DNA of 64,000 bases from Ginglymostoma cirratum (Eukaryota): the NCBI GenBank assembly GCA_024137785.1, contig JAHRHZ010000223.1, positions 21,361,112 to 21,425,111 of the forward strand, given 5' to 3'. Both the position numbers and the translations under genes were made by a program. The notes beneath the pieces were generated by a model. That model did no database searches and was not told where the DNA came from. It saw nothing but the letters and a program-made list of their open reading frames with translations. The number at the start of each line of letters is the position of its first letter. Within the stretch, counting starts at the first letter, position 1. Positions 38,500 to 51,859 of this stretch are shown here, in pieces.

Positions 38500-38960
38500 C
38501 CTATCAAGTTTATTGTCCATTTTATCAGGGGCTAATGGTCAGTGTACAGGTCTGAGGTTTTCCCTAGTGGCTTGACATTAGCAACTGGTCTTGTTTAAGT
38601 ACTGGGGAGCTGCTGATGCTGAATACAGAAGCCAATACCTGTTTCTCAATAAGTAGTAATTTAGCTCATGATTAAATGCAGCCTCGCTGACATACTCAAG
38701 TAGCAAAATGTTCCAGGGGGACCTGCCCTCACCTCTGAGACCAACAGACAGGAGGTGGATCAATGTCCCAACAACAAGGGAAACAATTGCATCTTTCTGT
38801 CTGTCCATTCTTAAATGATGAAGACAAACTGCTCATTTGAGAAAGGAGATTGTCACTCGGTTGGCAAATGCCATGTTACCTGGGTACTTTAATTATTATT
38901 CGGATTAAGTGTCAGTTAATTACTTAATTGCACTGAATAGTGAAAACCAATTGAAATGGT
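38500..38960. promoter_or_regulatory. Candidate conserved enhancer
   Basis: Complex unique sequence with TGATTAAATG, AACAAT and TAAT motifs inside the repeat-poor interval. Confidence 0.3.
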
Positions 38961-39399
38961 CAATTTATGTTGTAATAACATTTCAGCTCGCTTTTTAGGC
39001 TGAACGAAATTGCAAATTAGGTACAAGTTTCATAAATGACAAAGTTAATGCTTCATAATTAGAAGCGGGCATACAAATAATGTCTAATGATTTCTGTGTT
39101 TTAGCTTGGATTAATGTAAAGCAAGTGAAAAAGTTCAAAAGTTTTAAAATACTGGTGAAACGTAAAGAGATCAAATTTAGAAACAAATACGTCTCTTGAA
39201 ATTTTGGAATGTTTTTCTGTTGTCAAGTTTTATTTTTAAAAAAATTGAGTGCAATTTCACTGCCAAATGTGTCCATTGTGGTAAAAGTCAATTAATACAT
39301 CTAGGGGCCTTTTACATTGCATTTGATTGTCACTGTGTAAAAATAGGTAAAAGCATTACTTCTATTGTTGTATATTCAAAACCTACGTTTTTTTATATC

Positions 39400-39860
39400 T
39401 TGAAGTATTTCTCTTCAAAATGTCAAATTGGGACTTGCATGACATTTAATGGCTCACATTACGAAATGTGCTTAATTGCCTGCTTCATGACAGCAAAGAT
39501 TTCCCTCAAACAATGTAGGTTGCGTTATGTCAGAAGTGTAACAATGTGGTCTGGGAGCTGCCATGCAACTTCAGGGTCTGAAGCACGACACAAAGAGATA
39601 GCCATGATCTGGGAAATAAATAAAACATGCAAACGCAGCCCTGACCCCCAGCTGTGATTGAATTTGCAGTGGTCATTTCCCAAATGTCCGCTGACAAAGC
39701 CACCCATCAGCTTTCGTCACACTGCTGCTTAATTCACGGATCTTCCCACTGATACTGATCTCTCGGCCTGCCAATCAAGCCCACTTTAATTAGTAAAAAC
39801 TGTATGAATTCAATCATCAGCACAAAAGTGTCTGAACAAGCAAATTCTTTGAAACTGCTT
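39400..39860. promoter_or_regulatory. Candidate conserved enhancer
   Basis: TGACATTTAATGG (39440-39452), TGACAG (39488-39493), CAGCTG and TAATT motifs; several CpGs retained. Confidence 0.4.
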
Positions 39861-40289
39861 AATATATTCTGCCTGAAGGTTGGCTTAGACCAAGCAAAGC
39901 ATAACCTATTAATAACAGTTTTTGAAGCTGTAATAAAAATGTATGATTCCTGTGTATTCCAGTTAAAATTAGGATAGCCTCAATATTGAGGAGCTCATCC
40001 AATGAATCTGTTCATATCCTACATTTGTAATAAAATGTAACTTACTTTTTATTGTTCCTTCATGATTAAAGATTTGTATCAGGATTCACAATTTGTTAAT
40101 AAAATATTTGATTGATGAATCTTTGCAAATTATCAGTTCCTGTTGTTGCCTTAAGTTCTAGTTAAAATGTATCTCTGAGGGGGGAGAATGTTATGTAGGG
40201 GCAGACAGGATATGAACATGCTAAATACTGGGGTTTGGTTTTCATAAACCATGAATCTGTTCACCTTCCATTATAAATTCTAATAAGTC

Positions 40290-40540
40290 GTTCTTTTAAT
40301 CATTTTAATCAATAGGTTATTTTGATTTTAATTAGACCTTAATTAAACTTTTTAAATACTGCTCTGACATCAAAGTTCTGTGTGAAGGCTGTCATGAAAT
40401 CAGAGGCTGGAAGGCCATTCTCTATTATCCGTTAGTACCAGCCACAAAGGTAAAAGCATTGTGACACCCTTGTTGCCATGAAGCTAGCGAAACCTTTCTC
40501 ATTTTAAATGTCACCTTTCTGATCATGTATATTTATTTTA
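40290..40540. promoter_or_regulatory. Candidate conserved enhancer
   Basis: Repeated TAATTA, TCF/LEF-type ACATCAAAG (40367-40375) and CTGTCA (40389-40394). Confidence 0.35.
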
Positions 40541-42685
40541 CATATCAACCTTGTTTTTTCTTTATAAATGTTCTGCCGCCAAGTAAGTTAAAAACGAGGA
40601 AACCATATCTACGAAACATGCACTGTGGGAGAAAAACACACAGAAAGCAAGACTTGTTTGGAATGAAAGCTGAAGATTAAAACATTGCTAATGATTGGAA
40701 TAAAAATTTTGTGCTTAAGTTGTTAAAACTGAAATTATTTTTATTGATTTTTGTTTCCCTGCTGCAAACTGTTCAGTTCACAGTTTTTTTTTGAAACTGC
40801 GAGAACGATAACCAGTTCATTCAAACCTTTATAATTGTTACTGGTTCAATTTGTGTTCCCTTGCATTACAAGCTTGTAAACAATACAAAATCTACCCAAA
40901 AATGAGTCCAGTTTGGACCTCAATAATTCCTAATGTGATAACCGATCTATTTGATGTCATTAAAATTACGTCAATCATAATTTTTAAAAAAAAAATCCAT
41001 GTCTGCCTAAATTTGAAAAATAATCTCATTAAGATCTATCTTTTTTCCATGGCATTCAATTAATTTACCAAGTTAAAGGTAATGGCAGTAAAATGCAATA
41101 CTTCCCCACATTGTGTTTTACATCTGCTAAGATCCTTTGAATGAATGTCATCTTATTTTACCTTGGCTGTAGTCGATCGATGCTTCATTAGGCTGAATTG
41201 TCTTTTGCCCATGCAACCTTGAAACTGTGGCTTAATTACCTCTGTGTGAGGCAGGAACCTTCCGTTAACAGGGCAGTTACATCTCTCAACAGTCTAGGCA
41301 AGTGCATCATCTGTGATCTAAAAGGGAAAAAAGGGAGGAGGCAGGGGTAGTTATAAAAAGGAGACCCGTGGGTTAGGGGCCAAGGTTCAAGTCCAAACTG
41401 CCAGGCTATTGAGTGGCTTTTATAAAGCAATTCTGCACTTAGCTTTATTGCCTTACTCCCTGCTTTCCATGTCTACTTTCTTATTTTTAAACTGGGGGAG
41501 CTGTAAGACTGGAAGGAATGAGATATATATAAAAAAGTTGAAATTAAAAAGAAGCATTGTGGACTCAAAGGGCTTGTAATTAGATTTAAAAAATATATAA
41601 ATAAAAACTCAGCAAGTGCAAAATATTGTTGGTTCTTTGATTTTGATTTTGAAAAATGAGATACTGAATCCGTAAGACATTTTTGTTCTTCTGGGAGTAA
41701 TGTCATTGCAACTTTTGACATTTTTTACCCCATTTAAATGGTTTTGACAAGCAAGAGCATTTCTGGCCCTGCCTTCTGAAGGAGACATAAACCAAAAGGC
41801 TTCTCCCTCCCCCAGTCTCCACATACACACAATACAGCTGTGTGCAGCACCGTGTAACTTAAAAAGCCAAGTGCCCCTACTGAATTATATGTGCGTAATA
41901 AATAATAACACACAACCAACACAGATTACATTCTAGTTTGTTAATCTGTGCCCTCACTATTGCAAGGCTTCATCATCAAGTGAACATGACGTCATCATAT
42001 TAAGCTAAAATAACAAGTGAGCATGAGAGACAGAGGCTGGTATATTACAACTCATCCAAGTGGATCACCAAGCCAGATTGGGAACAATCCCTGCTCAAAT
42101 TGTCTTCTCAACACTCTGAGTCTTAGCAGCCTGCTGCAATTTTCCACCAGTCTCCACGTCTATTGAATGCTGTAATAATTTTTGCTCAGTCAAGGAATGA
42201 GACTATGAAAGGGTGTATGTATTGTTGGTCCTACTATAGTCTCCTGCCAAAAGGGGGAACTGGAAGGACTTCGAATAATCCTGGCCAATGATTGAGGTTA
42301 GTAATGTCTTTCTTTTTAATTCTCATATTCTAGGAGTAATTTATGTATAATGATGGAGGTCAGGTGAAGAACATTATATATAGTCAGAAAATATTCTACT
42401 TTATGCTTCAGCTACTATTATTCACATCACACTGCACACAATGTTTTTTTTAAAAAAATGTTACGCAGCCTTTGACGTTTGAGGACCTTAAAATGGCTGA
42501 ATATGGAGTGCAGGTGCCACTCTTGCAAGTGTATCAAGTTTCCAGTTTGCTATCAGAGTGACACAGTTTGTTTGAGGGCAGATGTAAATGTTTAAAATCA
42601 GATCAAACATCCGCAGCCAGTAGATTTTCACCTCTCTCTTCTCTCTCTCAGCCACACGTACATATACCACAGTGAGAATCACCCA

Positions 42686-42716
42686 TCCCACACACACACC
42701 CACACACACACACACA
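42686..42716. repeat. (CA)n microsatellite
   Basis: cacacacacacccacacacacacacaca. Confidence 0.9.
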
Positions 42717-44825
42717 ATACCAGAGCTGCCCCCCTCCCAACTACATTCCCCAGTCCTATCAAATGCACACCTCTCATGTGTGCAATGAAATATAGCAACT
42801 CATCTTTCTAATGGATCCCCTAACCCTTGCTTCAAAATGATGCTTAGCCCTCTGCTAAGAGTTTGGCCCCTTCTTGTGCTTGTATGCAGTTTTACCTCAC
42901 TATCATTTACAATATAAAAGATAAAAATTCACTGAACCTAAACTGAGCTAGCAGATTCATCATCACACTCCAGCCCACACCAGTTTGAGGGGCTTTGATT
43001 TATGCAGATCCTACGGTCACGAACACAGTATCATTAATAATATTGTTGCCCTGCTATCTCCATCACCAATCTCTGCCTTGCAAATGAAGGTGGGGTGATA
43101 TCCTTCCCAGCAGCAACACGACACACAGATATGCTACACATAAACATACACATGAAAGGCCTTCCTTTGGCTTCAGCTTAACACCAAATAACAATGTGGA
43201 TTTTATTTCTTTCTACAGTTTAACAGGGTCCATGGGGAAGATATGCCAGGGAGAAATTCTGGACTGATGGGAAATGATTTCCCTTACACTCATTTTCCAC
43301 AATCTCTATATAATTAATGTAAGCTATCCTCATATACGTTAGTGCTCTTCAAGCTTGTCACTCATTAATCATATGACCTTTCTAGCCTTGGTTAATGACC
43401 TTGGAGGAATATATCAGCCAGTGATGGCTGAAGCTGTAGAATTAAATTGTTTCTGTAAGTGCTGATGGTCATTCATGACAATTTATACTTCACCACTGGC
43501 CTGAGGGGCATGGTGTTCAGAAATCATTTAAAACATTTTTCTTATTTATTCTTCTCTCTGTATTTTTTCTACTTTGCAATAATCCTAAATGATTGGTTCC
43601 AGTTTTCATAAGATTGTGATAGTAAAAATAGAATTCAGGAATAGTTTCAAAGTTTTCTTCTTACCTGTTATTTTTAATTTGTTGCGCTGTTTGTTTCTGA
43701 AGCTAGGTGTAAAACTCTTTCCATTTTTGATGCATTTAATTTATGATACAACCAGAGTTAACTGTGCAAATGATATAATTGTCAGATGTGCCTTTTTTCC
43801 CCTCGTTGGTCCACCTCATAAGCATTCAGATTCATAGCTGAACTATCTTAATATTATGCATGTTTCCGAAGAGCCCTGAGGTACTCATCAGATTCCATAT
43901 GAGACCACAATAAATCAAGCAACGTTATCTATTTTATACATCAGAAGATGCCTGGTGATCACAGATACATTGACAATTTTTTGTCTCTATTTACATGCAA
44001 TAATGTTGGATATTATATTGAAGTAATATACAACTGCATAATTTGTTTATTTATGAGTTTAGTTTACTGAGCTTCACTGCTAGCTCCAGTAGACAAATGA
44101 CCAACATGCTCTGCAACCAAACAAATTATAAGGTCTCAACAGTCTCATCTGAAATAGCCATTTGCCCATTGCCTCAGCTTGAGGGATGCGGAAACTGAAC
44201 CAAAACTCTCATTGCTCCATGTGTGCAGGAACATATGTGGCTGTTGGCCGAGCACAGTCTTTGACTCAGTTATCAAACACCATCAGTTGAATAATGGAAC
44301 AGTATTTGGTATCCAGCATGACAAATGAAGGAAGGACATCTTGACTAGAAATTAGAGTGCTCCTGAACCTGGAACAAAGCAAAATGTTCGGGAGAGGATG
44401 AGTGAAAATTGTTGTCACTATCTTTACAGGGGAAGATATTTATCTCCATAACCTATTGATGAAAGGTTAACCAAAAAGTAGAATAAACAACATGCATAAT
44501 GCTAATTATAAGAAATTACAAATTGTTTGCAAACACAACATTCATGGCAAATAGGTATATTGTGGTGAACATACAGAAGAAAAGCAAAGTTTATCATTCT
44601 TTATTTAAAGGTGGGATAAAGCTGTAAGATTGAAATTATAATCTTAAAACCATGTAAAAGTGTAATTCATCACTCACGGGAGAAAAAGAATGATATCCTA
44701 TATTTACATTAACGGTATCAATGAATCAGAAATTTAGATTTTCAACATCCTGATGTATTTGCATAAGAAAGCTCCCTGATCCATTTTACAGATGGACTAC
44801 TGCATAACATGTGAAACAGGAGATG

Positions 44826-45853
44826 TGTAACGATCCCAGCTGACGGTACTACAGGTCTAATCCCAGAATGAAATAAATCATCTGTTTGTTTTATGTCATT
44901 TTTGTAAACCTGAAAATATAATTTCATGAGGCCACAATGTTTCTATAACAATAGAACATGAAGATTATTACACAGAAGAAAGAAAAGAACAAACCAAGCT
45001 ATTTAAATATCGTATCGACCATGGTTTGAAAGATCTTAAAAATGTTGCAAAACACAGTTTCATTCCTTTTCCAGACAGTATCTATTGCAGAGAATCAAGT
45101 CTAGAGAAATTGTTCCTTTATTTCAGATCTTAAAAGTTGGCCTAATTGATTCTAAGTTCTTTCCTTTGAGCAGCGAAATCTTCTTAGATAAATACCACAG
45201 AGAGCTTAGATTTTCTTAGCTGCTAATAATCTATAGCTTTCTAATGAAACACTCCGAGTCTGCAAGATTCACAAGTGGAACATTTCTCTTGAGGTAACTT
45301 ATTCTCTTAACTGTTCTGAATAAAAAAAAATAGGAGAGAAAGAGAGAAACAATACTTGTATCTCTTCTGAACTGCCCTAAAAAGCCTTTCAGTCTCTGGG
45401 TTTTCTAAACTAAAATCATTCCTTGATTATTCTAAACCAAAAACAAGCTATTGACGTTCAATGTTTATCTAACCTGTTGTAAACAAATACAGTAAAAACA
45501 ATTTTCCGTTAACCCTCCTGGGGTTCCCTGCTCTCTGACACATGCTAGATTAGATCACAGTTCTAGAAGAACTGAAAGAAAAACATACATTGCTGGAAAA
45601 ATTCTGGAGGTCTGGCAGCATCTATGGAAAGAAAGCAGAATTAATGTTTTTGGTCCAGTGAACCTTGTTCCTGAATTCCAGCATCCACAATCCTTTGATT
45701 TTTTTGTTCTAGAAGGACTGACTTATGTGATTATATTTTAAAACCCTTCAGAAAAGTAACTAGCCTCATATACCACTGGTTAAAATATAAACTTTAAAAA
45801 TGACATTTACATTTATAAATATAAATATAAATCACACACCTTTCATCGTAAAC
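44826..45853 (-). mobile_element. Probable old solo LTR
   Basis: Starts tgtaacgat and ends with the imperfect inverse atcgtaaa; composition resembles 46539-47189. No clear TSD. Confidence 0.4.
45576..45705. mobile_element. Penelope-derived short insertion
   Basis: Similar to the 31159 arm plus a short inverted tail. 16-bp duplication gttctagaagaactga (45560-45575) / gttctagaaggactga (45706-45721). Confidence 0.8.
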
Positions 45854-46359
45854 GTCATGCTTGAATTCTACAACTCCTCAGGTCAGACTCACTCTCAAAC
45901 ATTAAGTACAGAATCAAGTACTATAGGCAGAAAAGATGTACAAGGTATCCCTAGTCTAAATGTTGAGAGACTGGACTTTGGACTTTTCAGCATTGATGGT
46001 AGTATCTCAGAGGTTATCTTAGAACTTGGCTGTAAATTGTATTGAAAATTTTAGTCCTAAAAATTTAACTAAGCAGTTCGGATAAAACTAGGATGTACAG
46101 AATGTCACTAATAAAAGATTGAGTTTGGATTGAAAACAGAAGGCTCTTCTTCATAATATGAGTGATTAATGTACTTAATATATGTCCAGACTTGAGGAGG
46201 AGAAAATCCTGGAAGCCTTACTAAGATGATTGGATGCTGCAACAGAGGGTCTTTCGACGTTAATGAAGTAAGATGACCTGATTTGTCATCCTCATCCATA
46301 AATTCCTTGTGAAAGTTTGAAGAAAGGCAAAAGGTGTTAGAAAAGGGAACTGAGAACAT

Positions 46360-47480
46360 GTCTCAAAAAAACTAGTTTAGAAGAAGGTTTTGAAGGATAA
46401 GAGAGAGACAGCAAAAGAAGGTGCTGATGAAAGAGGTAGCAAGGGGAGGTTATTAGGAAAAGAAATCCAGACTTTAGGTTAGCTAATTCTTCCACCACCA
46501 CAGATGTAGTGTGGTTGGATGGTTGGTGAAGTGGGAAGTGTTATGGACCTGAACAGACCCCTCAAAGTATTTTAAGAAGTTAGCCTAGACCCTAACGTTT
46601 GCTTATTTTAAAAGGAGATGTGAAGTGCCGTGCTCCAGATACGAAACGACTAGTCAGAGTATAGGACATCAAGCAAAGCACAATTTATTTAAACACTACA
46701 GTTAAAATACAAACAAAAGGAAGAGGAATTTAGAATAACTTGGCTATTGGAAAACTTAACTGAATAATAGATACAGTACTGATTACTAATTAACTGGCCT
46801 AATATAGTAACATCCCATAAACACACCCCTTGGCAAAAAGGCAAATTCAGACAGATTCTCACAAGCAGTTTTCCAATCCAAGAACAAAAAAACTTCAAGA
46901 GAAGGTTCAGAGAGAATAGTGATTTGGACTCATTCACTGAAGCCCCTAAATCTTTTGAGAACCTAACGGCTTCTGATGCTACTACAAAAACAAAAACCCA
47001 AAAATCTGAATCTGTGAGAGCTGGCCACACCCTTTCAGGCTGCTTCTACTTATCCAATTTCAAACAAAAACCCGAGGCTTCACGTGTTGTTTACTTAAGT
47101 CGCCTTCAGTAGCCAGTTCTCATCCCACCTTACAACTTCTTTTCAAGAAACAGGACAAAATAATCTTTTAAAGTGACTGCATCATCATAGAAGCACACAG
47201 TAAACCAGAGAGATAGAGAGGAATGGCAGGTACACGCCGGGATATTGAACTATTGATGATTGTAGAGGCAGGTGGGGCAAGGTCACACAGCAATTTTAAA
47301 ATTAGTTCATGGATTTTGGGGAGATGGAGATTGTGCTGATTGACAAGACAATATTAATAATTGTATGGGCTTAATAGAGACTAAAACAAAGGTGGGAGAG
47401 CACTGGACAAGTTGCAATTTGTTGCCTTGATGTTACAATGATGTCCACTTTTAAAGATGATATCCAATGACTGAAAGTTT
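46360..47480 (-). mobile_element. Old L2-like LINE remnant hosting a solo LTR
   Basis: ttaggaaaagaaatccagactttagg..ccaccacagatg on the left of the LTR continues as gaagcacacagtaaaccagag on the right. Confidence 0.45.
46539..47189 (-). mobile_element. Solo LTR, 651 bp, Gypsy-like
   Basis: TGTTA..TCATA termini flanked by a 4-bp TSD gaag (46535-46538 and 47190-47193); reverse polyA signal tttatt near 46684. Confidence 0.8.
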
Positions 47481-47609
47481 TAGCGACAATAAACAAGTAG
47501 ATTGAATTTATGCCAACACACTCTTCAGTTTCTCCAAAAGAAGCTGAATTTCAGCCCATCCCCTCGGATAATGGTAGCAATGATCAATTACTATTACTGC
47601 CTTCACTGG

Positions 47610-49030
47610 AGCAATGGTAATATTCACTGGGACCATATCCTGGCCGATCAGAGCTGGCAGGCAGAATTTCCTGAGTCCATGTGGAGCTTTTTGAAGGGTG
47701 AAGGAGGAAATTAATTGGACAGGAGGCAAAAATTTGGTGTCTCAAAGGTGGGTTAAGGTTTCTCTTTTAACGTCACAGAACCTTTCATCAGAGTTGGCTT
47801 TCCCAATGTTTGTGTCATCAGCATGTTATGAATAATCATTTACACTTCAGTCCACTGGTATTATGTTTACAAATACAGTCATGTAAGCCAAAAGCAGGAA
47901 TCACTGGTGTTCACAAACCTGGTGTGTACCTGGTGGGGTAACTTCTTTTCCTGAATTCTAATGAGTAAAAAGTCCTTCACTAGCTTTCTTCCTTCATAAA
48001 CAGGTTACTTCTTTGCGTAAACATTTTGAGCATTAAGGATGAAGCCCACTTATGTCGATCAGCACGTGAGCAGTCTCAGTCATACCGGGTCTAGCTTGTT
48101 GTTGTTGTCAAATGCTCAGAGGTTAAGAGTGAAGCTCAACCAGGCAAACATGCAAGGCTTATCGTAAAATAGGATTCTGCTCAAAAAGATTTCATTTATG
48201 GCCGAGTCCTTGTCCCACTCAGCCCTTTAGTGAAAATCTATCAGATGTATACGTAGTCATGATGGAAGCCAGAACCATGTGGTGTGTGAGCTGCTGAGTG
48301 TTGTATCTTCTTTTATGTTTTGAGTGTGAAACCTGGGAGATTTGTGAGAAGCAGTACTACTGTTTTGCCTATTTTTTGATTAGTTGAGCATGAGGCATCC
48401 GATGGCGATGACTTGCACCCAACCTCCTGTGCAGCAGTTCTTTGCAACGGCAAACTTACAATGTTCAGTCACACTTGCAGGAGCTTGGAACTGTGAGTGG
48501 ACGATTACCGCATGCACTTACAAAGCACTGCAGATATTTTAACTACTTGTAGCAATGGAGACAGGCTTTCTTGAGCTGTCCACAGACACTGACCTCTGTA
48601 GCCACCAATGGCCAGACTAACGTCTTCATTCAGGTTAGCCTTCTGTTGACATCCATAAGTCCTTCTTTCCTGGGCAGCCTTCAGGAGAATATCTAGGGAG
48701 GCCTTGCTAAAGTGTATTGCTGTATTTTTCCTGGTCTCTGACATCTCCAGCAATGTGTGGGAGTGATGAGCAGAGGTTGAAAGATGCCCTGTGTTGCAGA
48801 GAGTGAATTGCTGCCACATTAGTCTTTAAATATGGTTCCAAACGTTTGAGCCCACAAGATCCTGGCAGGCTATGGAACCTCCTATCCATTAAAATTTCAT
48901 GCCTTCCCCATGCATGAATATGTAATAAACTTAGAAGAACTTATAGGGAAACCGAACATAAACACGAACAGAAGTCCTTCATGCTTTTATGCCCCCTCCA
49001 CCTTTAGTCTCAAAAAAATGAAATTTCTGT
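47610..49030 (-). mobile_element. Second decayed Harbinger-like element
   Basis: ORF 48505-48819 contains MSETRKNTAIHFSKASLDILLKAAQERR, homologous to the segment at 30720-30630. Confidence 0.55.
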
Positions 49031-49294
49031 CCATTTAAAGTGAAGGTGCTTGCCATTTCCTCACCTGAACAGGCCAGTGTGGGTACTATGAGTGCTCCAA
49101 GCAGCCTCGGATTTGCGCCTCAATAACATAGACATGAAATCTATGAGAATATGCTTAAATTCTAACTATGACATTTTAGAGATAGGGATGTAAGCATTTA
49201 TCAGTTAGAGAGGGACAGATGGGTGTAAAATAACAAGTGGAGGAAATGTACTACATTCATCAGGGTCAAATGGATGGGGGAGGGGGTGGCGGCA

Positions 49295-49662
49295 GTGCTC
49301 TTATAGTACAGTGCAAGTGTTCATTCCTCAGCACCAGATAGCTCAGGTTCAACTCTCATTTGCTCCAAAGGTGTATAATAACATCCCTGAGGAGGTTGAT
49401 TAGAAAGTATCTACAAATTCTCTGGTTGGAGGCAGTGGTGTAATAGTAGTGTCCCTACAGGAGCCCAGTCCAATTTTCTGAGGACTTGAATTTGAATCTC
49501 ACCCGTGGCAGATGATGAAACTTGAATTCAGTTAAAAGTGGGCTCTTGTTCTATAGCAGCACTGTCCCATCCTCTGGGCTAGAGGACTCAGGTTTAATTT
49601 CTATCTGCTCCTGGTGTGTGTCATAAAATCTCTAAACAGGTTGTTTTGAAAATATCTCTATG
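49295..49662 (+). mobile_element. Three tandem tRNA-derived heads: short SINE, family B head, short SINE
   Basis: 49295-49415 and 49540-49662 are similar (..ctcaggtt..tgctcc..aggttg..gaaa.tatct). 49428-49535 resembles the head of the 23736-24092 SINE. Confidence 0.65.
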
Positions 49663-51859
49663 GGTAAAAAGAAGAAGGAGAAGACAGTGCAGTAGAGTGG
49701 ACTATAGAGAAGGGGACGTAGAGATCAATATCTTGAAATCTGCAGAAATACTCCAGCTGGCTTCACAAAAATTTGATGGTCCACTGCCAGACTAGACCCA
49801 AACAAACTCTTTAGTTTTGTGTCCTGGCCTCACCCATTCTGCCCCCTACTTACCCAGTCCACCGGAACTTAATGACAGCAGATGCCAAAGTCTCAGACAA
49901 GCTGATGTTCCTGCAGCGCAAAACTGGCAAGCAGTCAGTTTGGCATACATAGCTACTCACATAGCTTGCATTCCACCAATGAGTCAAAATAAAATTAACA
50001 GGTTGGAGTTTCCCATCAGCAATGAGAAAGCCGCAGTGGTTTTTCATTATTCTTGCCTTTCCCCCCAACCCTTCAAAGTAAATCTGATTGGCAGATTAAG
50101 AGAGCACAACACTCTCTCAAGGCAATCTGTCTGAATAAAGCAAAGAACTGTGTATCTCCGTAACAAATCAGACTGAATGATCATTGTTGAGCAGCTCAGA
50201 GTCTGAACCAGGAAGTGTTTATTAGACTAGTGCAGTCGATATCAACTCAGCAACAAAAAGTGAAATAAAGAAAGTGAGTAAGGATGGAATTACAGTGCAA
50301 GATAAAAGGGTCAGAAAAGTAATAAGAAATTAAACAACTTTACATTTGAAAACAAATTTCAATGATAATTAAAATTTGAAAGAATGAAACTCCATATTTA
50401 TTAAAGTTAGTTTTCAAAGACAGTGAGGATAATTGACAAAATGCAGCACACTCAAAAATGTACTCACCACTGACATTGACAAGTCCAAACTTCTTCTGCT
50501 GAGGTTAGAATTCATATACCAGGTAAGTGGAGCAACTTCAAAACATTTCACGCATTTCTAGCTTGTCTTTTGTGGAAGCACCGTGATCATGTCAATGTTT
50601 GGAGGAAGAGGAGTACCCCAGACAGCAGTTCCCTAATTTATGTATTTAACTACATATATGTGGTCACCAGAACTGGTTGTCTGATTTAGATGCTAATAAC
50701 TGTATTAGCATCACTGTTATGTTTACCACAAAATTTCACCAAACATCTTCTGAATTCTTTTGCACATAATGTGACATAAGAGAACTTCTAAGGCACATAT
50801 ATAGATTGCTGTAAATCAAGCCACAGGTGAGTCAATCAAAAAATTGTGTAAAATATTAATGGATTTACCACAGATACTATTTGAATGGCCATTACACATT
50901 ACACAGATACCTATGATGGATACAGCACAAGACAAACTCTGTAAAAATATAAGAAGTATTCTTCCAACTCCAGTAAGGTGACAATCTTAGATTTGATATA
51001 TTTTCAATTCTGTTTTAACAGGTCCTTTTTGTTTACTTAAGTAATACATTTTATGCCTGTATATGATAGACAGTGTATCTTTCCTAGTATAATCATTCCA
51101 GATAACAAATCAGTACATTTGATGGACAGTTAGTTTGGTGTTAAAGCATTAATTGTTTGAATAAAATGTGTTATTATTCTCTTCTAAATAATGGGAACCA
51201 ACACTTTTAAGCTGATTGTGTGGTATTTTGTTATGATCTACTATGTCGTGGATGAACACAAGCAAATATGATGTGTGGCTGTAACTGCTTGATGTTCAGA
51301 TTAAGAACCATCAAATTACTACAGTAACTTTATGTTGTGCTTATAAAGGATACACAGCCCACAATTTCTATATGGTTTTTATGTGACAGAAGTTATCTGG
51401 TAACATAAGTCTCATTGCTAGTCAGGTTGTGTAAAAATTGTGCACCATTCTCAGAATTTCTTCTTGAAATAATTTACATGGCCAAAATGGAATAATATAT
51501 TTCTTGGTGCAAGCATGTAATCACCCCCATTAGTGTGTTACCAAAGAAAAGACACAATTCTTTCATCACTAAGTTTTATTGTGCTGTAGTGGAGGGAATG
51601 AGCACACTTGAACAAATTAATGTTGAACATGTCTATTCTCCTGAATCTGATCAAGACTCTATTTCACTATGGCTTGAAGAACAAGCAAATTTCAAACTAG
51701 CATAAACAATTTTTGTACACATCATAATTCTTGCACGTACGTAGAGTAGTTGAAAGTCACCTTTTGTTCCCATGGATTGTGCTGTCGCGGAATGTCAGAT
51801 TAAACTGTGGACATCATTTGTTTCGTTTTATCATGTTATAGAATTTATTTTAGGCTGGG

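Noticed and set aside
39196-39657. 153-aa ORF in the repeat-poor interval
   Set aside because: Non-ATG start, no recognisable domain and no convincing splice sites; more consistent with non-coding sequence.
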